DNA of 64,000 bases from Frankiaceae bacterium. Its GTDB lineage: Bacteria > Actinomycetota > Actinomycetes > BP-191. A model generated the notes under the pieces. That model was not told the origin of the DNA and searched no databases. It saw nothing but the letters and a program-made list of their open reading frames with translations. The stretch is taken from the NCBI GenBank assembly GCA_035536815.1, contig DATLNJ010000033.1:11315-75314 (forward strand). Direction: 5' to 3'. Below, piece by piece: positions 20,305 through 27,537 of the stretch. How positions within the stretch are numbered: the first letter of the stretch is position 1; the number at the start of each line of letters is the position of its first letter. The position numbers were made by a program, and so were the translations under genes.

Positions 20305-20520
20305 TTACGGGCAGCCGGCCACGCCGGTGCGCGGCCAGGGAGGTAGCGGCCGGTCGGTCATGCCCGACAGCTCGCGGTAACGCCAGGCGACCCAGCCGCA
20401 GTACGTGTGGCAGTTCGGGAACCGGTTGGGGTCGCACGCTTCCGCCGGGGACAGCGGCAGCGAGAGCGAGGCCGTGACTACGGCGGCGGCGGCCAGCCCG
20501 ACGAGGCGACGGGTGCCCAC
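20305..20520 (-). CDS. small secreted 4-Cys peptide, paralog C (71 aa)
   Basis: Signal peptide ...SLPLSPAEA|CDPNRFPNCHTYCGW...GCP. GTG start lies 1 nt after the stop of paralog D. Confidence 0.65.
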   Translation of the reverse strand: MGTRRLVGLAAAAVVTASLSLPLSPAEACDPNRFPNCHTYCGWVAWRYRELSGMTDRPLPPWPRTGVAGCP

Positions 20521-20521
20521 G

Positions 20522-20728
20522 TCAGCAGACCGGCAGCTCGGACCAGTGCGGCAGCAGGATGTCCTGCCGGTACGCCTGGTACCAGACGGTGCGGTACACG
20601 TCCTCGCTGACCGAGCACACGGTCATGCAGTACGGCGGGCGGTTCGGGTCGCACGCCGACGCGGTGGTCGGCGTGAGGAACAGGCCGCCGGCCACTGACA
20701 GGCCGGCGATCGCGATCAGGCGACGCAT
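20522..20728 (-). CDS. small secreted 4-Cys peptide, paralog D (68 aa)
   Basis: MRRLIAIAGLSVAGGLFLTPTTASA|CDPNRPPYCMTVCSVSEDVYRTVWYQAYRQDILLPHWSELPVC. GGAAGGA RBS. Confidence 0.7.
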   Translation of the reverse strand: MRRLIAIAGLSVAGGLFLTPTTASACDPNRPPYCMTVCSVSEDVYRTVWYQAYRQDILLPHWSELPVC

Positions 20729-20781
20729 GGGCGGGTCCTTCCGGTAGGGGCACGGCGCGGTGTCGCGCCGGTCAGAGCGGT

Positions 20782-20820
20782 CGCCTCGCGGGCGCGTGCA
20801 GGGGCAGCGCCCGCGAGGCG
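20782..20820 (-). terminator. GC-rich hairpin (14-bp perfect stem) downstream of paralog E
   Basis: CGCCTCGCGGGCGC-N11-GCGCCCGCGAGGCG, between the stop of E (20849) and the start of D (20728). Confidence 0.45.
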
Positions 20821-20848
20821 GGTCAGCGGCCGGGCGGACCGCCCCTGG

Positions 20849-21046
20849 TCAGAGCGTGCACTCGACGGTCAGCGGTAACGGCGGCAGCTCGCCGCCGAGC
20901 GCCCGGTCGGCGTCGCGGTAGATCGCCGCGGGACAGGTCTCCACGCAGCCCACGCCCTCGACGTACAGGCACTGCGCGGCCGCGGGCGCGACCGGCAGGA
21001 CGGCGACGCCGGCGAGCAGGCCGGCGAGGACGAGCTTCGTACGCAT
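20849..21046 (-). CDS. small secreted 4-Cys peptide, paralog E (65 aa)
   Basis: Internal start of ORF 20849..21583: MRTKLVLAGLLAGVAVLPVAPAAA|QCLYVEGVGCVETCPAAIYRDADRALGGELPPLPLTVECTL. AGAGGAG RBS. Confidence 0.65.
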   Translation of the reverse strand: MRTKLVLAGLLAGVAVLPVAPAAAQCLYVEGVGCVETCPAAIYRDADRALGGELPPLPLTVECTL

Positions 21047-21126
21047 GGTGCTCCTCTGCGGTAGGGGGCGGCCCGGCCCGGGCAGCGCGCGACACGCCGG
21101 GTGCGGGCGACGGGTCGTCGAGCGCT

Positions 21127-21147
21127 CCTTCGGTAGGGGGCCGAAGG
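21127..21147 (-). terminator. short hairpin downstream of paralog F
   Basis: CCTTCGG-TAGGGGG-CCGAAGG, 15 nt after the F stop codon. No U-tract. Confidence 0.3.
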
Positions 21148-21161
21148 GCGGTCGGCGGGCG

Positions 21162-21374
21162 TTACGCCAGGCAGTGGAGGTCGGTGAGCCCGAGGCCGAA
21201 CTTCTCGGCGAGCCGGTCGACGCGGTTGTAGCCGTAGGCGACGGTGTTGCAGGGGCTGCACTGGCCGGTGAGCTCGTAGTACCAGTCGATGCAGACGGCG
21301 TTGGCGGGGGCGGCCGGGCCGAACGACGCGACGAGGGCGGCGCCGGCGGCGGCGAGGGCGAGCTTCTTGCGCAT
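21162..21374 (-). CDS. small secreted 4-Cys peptide, paralog F (70 aa)
   Basis: MRKKLALAAAGAALVASFGPAAPANA|VCIDWYYELTGQCSPCNTVAYGYNRVDRLAEKFGLGLTDLHCLA. AAGGAG RBS. Confidence 0.7.
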   Translation of the reverse strand: MRKKLALAAAGAALVASFGPAAPANAVCIDWYYELTGQCSPCNTVAYGYNRVDRLAEKFGLGLTDLHCLA

Positions 21375-21722
21375 CGCGCTCCTTGAGGGGGTGGTGGTGC
21401 GAAGGAGGTTGCCCGGCAGAGTAGGCCAATCGGCGGCACCTGCCTAGAGAGCGCGGCCACCCTCGTCCGCGGCGAGAACGACGTCAACGGCACGGTCGGC
21501 GTAGCGCGGGACGGCACGAGCTCGCCCTCGCGGCCGGCGGCCCCGCGGCACGGATCCGACCGGCGTACGCGGCGCCGAGGCACTCCGGACCGAGCCGGAG
21601 CGAAACGCTGTGCCCGGCAGCCGGTTGTCTTCTTTGTCCGCTATTGACCTATTTCTCCCCCAGGCCTACCGTCGGGCGCCCTCGGCGCCCCCTACGCGCC
21701 GCTACGCAACAGAGGAACCGCC

Positions 21723-22304
21723 ATGAGAAGGACCGCGCTGCTCTCGCTCGCCGCGATCGCCTGCACGCTCGCCGCGCCACCCGCCTCGGCGGCTCCGCCC
21801 AACGACGCCCAGTACGCCGGCGGTTGCCACGCGTACGCGTACGACGACGCGGGCCCCGGCCTCAACCTCGTCGTGGGGGCGCTGGCGGTCGCCTACTCGC
21901 CGACGCCCGGCCACAACGACGTGACCATCACGAGCCTGACGTGCACGATCAAGATCAACAGCGTCGTCCTGCCCCCACCGTACGTCGCGACCACAGTCGG
22001 ACCGGTTGCGGTGCTGCCGCCGACGACGAAGCCGATTCCGGCCACGATGACCGACATCATCGAGGTCTGCGAGGCCGCGACGACGGTGGACGCGCACTTC
22101 CAGTCGAAGTCGTTCCAGGTGTGCCGCTACGCCTCGACGCTTTCCGTACCTCCGCAGGAGGTGAAGCACCTGGTCGACCCGCCGCTCTGCGCTTTCCTCG
22201 CGATGTTCGCGCCGATCCAGTTCGGGACGTACCTCCTGATCGACACCCAGGGTGATGTCTACGTCAACGGCACGCTGGTCTACGACTGCCCGCCGTACGT
22301 GTAG
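21723..22304 (+). CDS. secreted hypothetical protein (6 Cys), divergent from the peptide cluster
   Basis: Signal peptide MRRTALLSLAAIACTLAAPPASA. No recognised family. Confidence 0.55.
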   Translation: MRRTALLSLAAIACTLAAPPASAAPPNDAQYAGGCHAYAYDDAGPGLNLVVGALAVAYSPTPGHNDVTITSLTCTIKINSVVLPPPYVATTVGPVAVLPPTTKPIPATMTDIIEVCEAATTVDAHFQSKSFQVCRYASTLSVPPQEVKHLVDPPLCAFLAMFAPIQFGTYLLIDTQGDVYVNGTLVYDCPPYV

Positions 22305-22502
22305 AGGGTCCGGACGGCTCCTCGCGCGCGGGCCGGTGGGCGTCGCTCGCGGTCGCCGCTCCGTCGCGGGGCACCCGGCACGGCGGGTTCGACGTCGCCG
22401 CGAGCTGCCGGGCGCGCCCCCGTCGGACAGGGCGCGCGTTACCAGTGCCCGGCTCGGAGGTAGGTTCGGGGGGACTGGACCGAGCGCGGCGAGGAGACCT
22501 CA

Positions 22503-25175
22503 GTGCCGAAGTACGTCTACGCCTTCTCGGAAGGCAACAAGGACCTCAAGGACCTGCTCGGCGGAAAGGGCGCGAATCTCGCCGAGATGACGAAGCTCGG
22601 CCTGCCGGTGCCCCCCGGGTTCACGATCACGACCGAGGCCTGCAAGGTCTACCTCAACAGCGGGGCGGAGCCGGCCGAGCTCGCCGCCGAGGTCACGGAG
22701 CACCTGGCCGCGCTCGAGCAGGCGATGGGCCGCGGCCTCGGCGACCCGGAGAACCCGCTCCTCGTCTCGGTCCGGTCGGGAGCGAAGTTCTCGATGCCGG
22801 GGATGATGGACACCGTTCTCAACATCGGCCTCAACGACGAGTCGGTCGACGGGCTCCAGAAGCAGACCGGCAACGAGCGATTCGCGTGGGACTCGTACCG
22901 CCGGCTCGTGCAGATGTTCGGCAAGACCGTGCTGGACGTCGAGGGCGAGCTGTTCGAGCACGAGATCGACCGCATCAAGGCCGACCGCGGCGTCACCAAC
23001 GACCTGGAGCTCGACGCGGGCGACTTGCGGCAGCTCGTCGCGACGTTCAAGGGCATCGTCCGCTCTGCCACAGGGCGTGAGTTCCCCACCGACCCGCGCG
23101 AGCAGATGGACCTCGCGATCCGCGCGGTCTTCGACTCGTGGAACGGCGAGCGCGCCCGCCTGTACCGCCGGCAGGAACGCATCCCGGCCGACCTCGGCAC
23201 GGCGGTCAACGTGCAGACGATGGTGTTCGGCAACCTCGGGATGGACTCCGGCACCGGCGTGGCGTTCACCCGCGACCCCGGCACCGGCGCGACCGGCGTC
23301 TACGGCGACTACCTGGAGAACGCGCAGGGCGAGGACGTCGTCGCGGGCATCCGCAACACCCGCCCGCTGGAGGAGCTGGAGCAGATCGACCCGCCGGCGT
23401 TCCAGGCGCTGATGGCGAACATGACGGCGCTGGAGAACCATTACCGCGACCTGTGCGACATCGAGTTCACCATCGAGCGCAACAAGCTCTGGATGCTCCA
23501 GACGCGGGTCGGGAAGCGCACGGCGGCGGCGGCGTTCATCATCGCCAGCCAGCTCGTGGACGAGGGGATGATCGACCTCGACGAGGCGCTGACCCGGGTG
23601 TCCGGCGCGCAGCTCGCGCAGCTGATGTTCCCGCGCTTCGGGTCGGCTCGGGCGCAGAACCGGATCGGCAAGGGCATGAACGCCTCGCCCGGCGCGGCCG
23701 TCGGCGTCGCGGTGTTCGACTCCGACCGTGCCGAGGAGCGGGCCAAGACCGAGCCGGTCATCCTCGTCCGCCGCGAGACCAACCCCGACGACCTCAACGG
23801 CATGATCGCCGCGCAGGGCATCCTCACCTCGCGCGGCGGCAAGACCTCGCACGCCGCCGTCGTCGCCCGCGGCATGGGCAAGACCTGCGTCTGCGGCGCC
23901 GAGGAGCTGGAGATGGACCTCGAGGGCCGGCGCTTCACCGCGCCCGGCGGCGTCGTCGTCAACGAGGGCGACGTCGTCTCGATCGACGGGACCTCCGGCG
24001 CCGTGTACCTCGGCGAGGTCGAGGTCGTCCCGTCGCCGGTCGTGGAGTACTTCGAGGGCAACCTCGCGCCCGACGCCGACCCGCTCGTCACGGCCGTGCA
24101 CCGGCTGCTCGGGCACGCGGACTCGCTGCGCCGGATGGCGGTGCGCGCCAACGCCGACACGCCGGAGGACGCCGAGCGCGGCCGGCGGTTCGGCGCGCAG
24201 GGCATCGGGCTGTGCCGGACCGAGCACATGTTCCTCGGCGACCGGCGCCAGCTCGTCGAGGACCTGATCCTCGCGGGTGACGACGACGCCGCGCGCGAGG
24301 CTGCGCTACAGGCGCTGCTGCCGATGCAGCGCGAGGACTTCGTCGGCATCTTCGCCGCGATGGACGGGCTGCCGGTGACGGTGCGGCTGCTCGACCCGCC
24401 GTTGCACGAGTTCCTCCCGTCGCTGGAGGAGCTGGCTGTCCGCGTCGCCGTCGGCGACGCCACGGGCCAGGACGTGACGAAGGAGCGCACGCTGCTCGAC
24501 GCCGTACGCCGGCTGCACGAGCAGAACCCGATGCTCGGCCTGCGCGGCGTCCGGCTCGGCCTCGTGATCCCCGGCCTGTTCGCGCTGCAGGTGCGCGCGA
24601 TCGCCGAGGCGGCGAAGATCCGGCGCGAGGCGGGCGGCGACCCGCGGGTCGAGATCATGGTGCCGCTGGTGGGCGCCGTCCAGGAGCTGGAGGTCATCCG
24701 CGAGGAGACCGAACGCGTGCTCGCCGAGGTCGGCGTCTCCGACATGCTGATCGGCACGATGATCGAGGTGCCGCGCGCGGCGCTGACCGCCGGCCAGATC
24801 GCGGAGGCCGCGGACTTCTTCTCGTTCGGCACCAACGACCTCACGCAGATGGGCTGGGGCTTCTCGCGCGACGACGTGGAGGCGGCGTTCTTCTCGCGCT
24901 ACCTCGACCTCGGCATCTTCGGGGTGTCGCCGTTCGAGACCCTCGACCGCGACGGCATCGGCCGGCTGGTACGGATCGCCTGCGAGGAGGGCCGCGCGGT
25001 GAAGCCGGACCTCAAGCTCGGCATCTGCGGCGAGCACGGCGGCGACCCCGACTCCGTCCACTTCTGCCACGAGGTCGGCCTCGACTACGTCTCCTGCTCG
25101 CCGTTCCGCGTGCCGGTCGCGCGGCTGGAGGCCGGGCGGGCGTCGGTCGAGACGAGCGGCAGCGACACGCGGTGA
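22503..25175 (+). CDS. ppdK: pyruvate, phosphate dikinase
   Basis: 890 aa. MPKYVYAFSEGNKDLKDLLGGKGANLAEM. Phospho-His region GGKTSHAAVVARGMGK. PEP-utilising C-terminus FFSFGTNDLTQ. Confidence 0.95.
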   Translation: MPKYVYAFSEGNKDLKDLLGGKGANLAEMTKLGLPVPPGFTITTEACKVYLNSGAEPAELAAEVTEHLAALEQAMGRGLGDPENPLLVSVRSGAKFSMPGMMDTVLNIGLNDESVDGLQKQTGNERFAWDSYRRLVQMFGKTVLDVEGELFEHEIDRIKADRGVTNDLELDAGDLRQLVATFKGIVRSATGREFPTDPREQMDLAIRAVFDSWNGERARLYRRQERIPADLGTAVNVQTMVFGNLGMDSGTGVAFTRDPGTGATGVYGDYLENAQGEDVVAGIRNTRPLEELEQIDPPAFQALMANMTALENHYRDLCDIEFTIERNKLWMLQTRVGKRTAAAAFIIASQLVDEGMIDLDEALTRVSGAQLAQLMFPRFGSARAQNRIGKGMNASPGAAVGVAVFDSDRAEERAKTEPVILVRRETNPDDLNGMIAAQGILTSRGGKTSHAAVVARGMGKTCVCGAEELEMDLEGRRFTAPGGVVVNEGDVVSIDGTSGAVYLGEVEVVPSPVVEYFEGNLAPDADPLVTAVHRLLGHADSLRRMAVRANADTPEDAERGRRFGAQGIGLCRTEHMFLGDRRQLVEDLILAGDDDAAREAALQALLPMQREDFVGIFAAMDGLPVTVRLLDPPLHEFLPSLEELAVRVAVGDATGQDVTKERTLLDAVRRLHEQNPMLGLRGVRLGLVIPGLFALQVRAIAEAAKIRREAGGDPRVEIMVPLVGAVQELEVIREETERVLAEVGVSDMLIGTMIEVPRAALTAGQIAEAADFFSFGTNDLTQMGWGFSRDDVEAAFFSRYLDLGIFGVSPFETLDRDGIGRLVRIACEEGRAVKPDLKLGICGEHGGDPDSVHFCHEVGLDYVSCSPFRVPVARLEAGRASVETSGSDTR

Positions 25176-25215
25176 CGTACGCCACCCGGGTCCCGGGCCG
25201 CGCCCGGCGGTCCGG

Positions 25216-25842
25216 GTGAGACGGCCGTTCCGGTTTCTGGTGCGGGCCGTGACGGCGCTGGTCGTCGTCGCGCTGCTGGTGGCCGGGTTCGTCGCGGTGC
25301 GGGTCTGGCAGGTCGCCCGGCTGGACACGCGCGAGCGGGTCGACGCGATCGTGGTGCTCGGGGCCGCGCAGTTCGACGGGCGGCCGTCGGAGATCTTCGA
25401 GGCACGGCTGCGGCACGCCCGCTCGCTCTACGCCGACGGCGTCGCGCCCGTCGTCGTGACTGTCGGCGGCAACCAGGAGGGCGACCGGTTCACCGAGGCG
25501 TCGGCCGGTGGCCGGTACCTGCGCGGCCAGGGGGTGCCGGGGGAGGCCGTCGTCGAGGTCGGCGAGGGCGGCGACACGTACACCAGCCTGGCCGCGGTGG
25601 CGACGCTCGCGGAGCGGCGTTCGTGGGACCGGGTGGTGCTCGTCACCGACCCGTGGCACTCGTACCGCGCCCGCGCGATGGCCGGCGACGTCGGGCTGGC
25701 CGCCCGCACCTCACCGGCCCGCAGCGGGCCGGTGGTGCAGGGGCGGGCGCGCCAGGTCCGCTACATCCTGCGCGAGACCGCGGCGTACCTGTACTGGCGG
25801 CTCGGCCTGACGTCCGACCGCCGCGCGCCCAACGCGGTCTGA
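25216..25842 (+). CDS. YdcF/DUF218 family membrane-anchored protein
   Basis: N-terminal TM, then IVVLGAAQFDGRPS ... VLVTDPWHSYRA, the characteristic DUF218 pattern. Confidence 0.7.
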   Translation: MRRPFRFLVRAVTALVVVALLVAGFVAVRVWQVARLDTRERVDAIVVLGAAQFDGRPSEIFEARLRHARSLYADGVAPVVVTVGGNQEGDRFTEASAGGRYLRGQGVPGEAVVEVGEGGDTYTSLAAVATLAERRSWDRVVLVTDPWHSYRARAMAGDVGLAARTSPARSGPVVQGRARQVRYILRETAAYLYWRLGLTSDRRAPNAV

Positions 25843-25866
25843 CCGCGTCGGGCGGCGGTCAGCGGG

Positions 25867-26157
25867 TCAGACGATGCACGTGACGAGGGTGACCACCTGG
25901 CCGGCCTCCTGACCCGCGATGAACGCGGCCAGGCCGACCGGCGTCCACGGGTTCACGGTGATCGAGCCGTCCGGGTTGACGTGGACCGTGTAGTAGATGA
26001 ACGCGTCGAGGTCGATGGCGTAGCCGCCGCCGCCGTTGAGGTAGTCGGTGACGCAGCCGTCGGGCGCGGCTGCGTCGGCGCTCGCCGGGGCGGCCAGCGC
26101 GGCGACGGCGAGCGATGTCGCGGCCATGAGGGTGGCCGCGCGCGTGATGGTGCGCAT
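25867..26157 (-). CDS. small secreted protein (96 aa, 2 Cys)
   Basis: Signal peptide MRTITRAATLMAATSLAVAALAAPASA. Its leader shares the CCCCTAC..AGGAG motif with the 4-Cys peptide genes. Confidence 0.55.
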   Translation of the reverse strand: MRTITRAATLMAATSLAVAALAAPASADAAAPDGCVTDYLNGGGGYAIDLDAFIYYTVHVNPDGSITVNPWTPVGLAAFIAGQEAGQVVTLVTCIV

Positions 26158-26264
26158 GAGGGGCTCCTGTCGTAGGGGTGCGACCCCGGGGGTGGGGCCA
26201 TCGGTCCCCTATGCCCCGCGGACGCGCGTTGGAACTTGTCACACCCCCCGTCGAGGATGGCGCC

Positions 26265-27413
26265 ATGTCCACCGAACGAGCGCTCGCCTGGGTCGCCACC
26301 ACACACCGCGTGGCCGGCCCGGGTGGCGTCGTGACCCCGCACGCCGCCGGCGGGCCGACGATCGGGCCGGGGTGGCCGGCGTTCGACCGGGCGGCGCGCG
26401 AGGAGCTGGCGGACCGCCTGCTGGCTCCCGGCGCGACCCGCGCGCACGGTGCCGGTGCGCGCGCCCGGCCGGAGGAGCCCGACCCGGAGCGCACCTGCTT
26501 CGAGCGCGACCGCGACCGCATCCTGCACTGCAGCGCGTTCCGGCGGCTGGCAGGCAAGACGCAGGTGTTCGTGTTCCCGGCCGACCACCAGCGGACCCGG
26601 CTGACCCACGCGCTGGAGGTCGCGCAGGTCGCCACCAGCGTCGCGCGGGCCGTCGGGCTCAACGTCGCGCTCACCGAGGCCATCGCGCTCGGCCACGACT
26701 GCGGCCACGGGCCGGGCGGGCACGCGAGCGAGGACGCGTTCGCGGCGTTCCTGCCCGAGGGGTACGACCACGCGCCGTGGGGCGCCGACGTGACGCTCGC
26801 GCCCTTGAACCTCTGCGCCGAGACGCTCGACGGCATCCGCAACCACTCCTGGTCCCGGCCGCCGCCCGCCACGCCGGAGGCGGCGGTGGTGTCGTGGGCG
26901 GACCGCTGCGCGTACACCGCGCACGACTTGGAGGACGCGGTGCGCGCGGGCATCGTGACCGCGGACGACGTGCCGGCGGAGGTCGCCGCGGTGGCCGGGC
27001 GGACCCGGCGGGATCAGCTGCGGGTGTGGATCGCGGCGCTGGTGGACTGCATCCGCGAGACCGGCGTCGTGGGCATGCGGCCGGAGCCGGCGGCGGCGCT
27101 GGCCGCGCTGCGGGCGTTCGACTACGAGCGCATCTACACCAGGCCGGCGTCGGTGCGGCAGGCCGAGCAGGTGGTGTCTGTGCTGCGCGCGCTGGTGGAG
27201 CACTTCGCCGAGCAGTTCGCCGGGCACCCGCCGTCGGGAGCACCCGGCCCCGGAGCGGACGGGCCCGGCCAGGCCGGCCCCGGCGCGCCTCCGGAGGACC
27301 CCGTGCGGGCGGCGGTGGCGTACGTGGGCGGGATGACCGACCGGTTCGCGTTCGACACGGCGGTGGCCGTGCTGGGCTGGGACCGCGACCGGCTGCCGAG
27401 GGGGGTGTCTTGA
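26265..27413 (+). CDS. dgt: dGTP triphosphohydrolase-like HD-domain protein
   Basis: ERDRDRILHCSAFRRLAGKTQVF ... RLTHALEVAQV ... LGHDCGHGPGGH. ATG at 26265 chosen (MSTERALAW). Confidence 0.9.
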   Translation: MSTERALAWVATTHRVAGPGGVVTPHAAGGPTIGPGWPAFDRAAREELADRLLAPGATRAHGAGARARPEEPDPERTCFERDRDRILHCSAFRRLAGKTQVFVFPADHQRTRLTHALEVAQVATSVARAVGLNVALTEAIALGHDCGHGPGGHASEDAFAAFLPEGYDHAPWGADVTLAPLNLCAETLDGIRNHSWSRPPPATPEAAVVSWADRCAYTAHDLEDAVRAGIVTADDVPAEVAAVAGRTRRDQLRVWIAALVDCIRETGVVGMRPEPAAALAALRAFDYERIYTRPASVRQAEQVVSVLRALVEHFAEQFAGHPPSGAPGPGADGPGQAGPGAPPEDPVRAAVAYVGGMTDRFAFDTAVAVLGWDRDRLPRGVS

Positions 27414-27437
27414 CAGGGTAGGGGTCGTCGTTACAAT
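27410..27437 (+). promoter_or_regulatory. near-consensus sigma-70-type promoter upstream of dnaG
   Basis: TTGACA (27410-27415), 16-nt spacer, TACAAT (27432-27437). The -35 overlaps the dgt stop codon. A hairpin GGCCCGCC-N6-GGCGGGCC follows. Confidence 0.5.
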
Positions 27438-27537
27438 TGTAAGGACGGCCCGCCCGAGTAGGCGGGCCTCGCCGTGTCACCCCGTCCCCCGCGGCGCGGT
27501 CTGCGCGCACGGGATCGAGGGAGGTGCACCCCACCGC

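Noticed and set aside
19886-21583. Long minus-strand ORFs (19886..20437, 20849..21583, 20869..21429) spanning the small-peptide cluster
   Set aside because: These are Pro/Arg-rich translations without features. The short-gene model is supported by six signal peptides, RBS spacing, a conserved Cys pattern and start/stop coupling.
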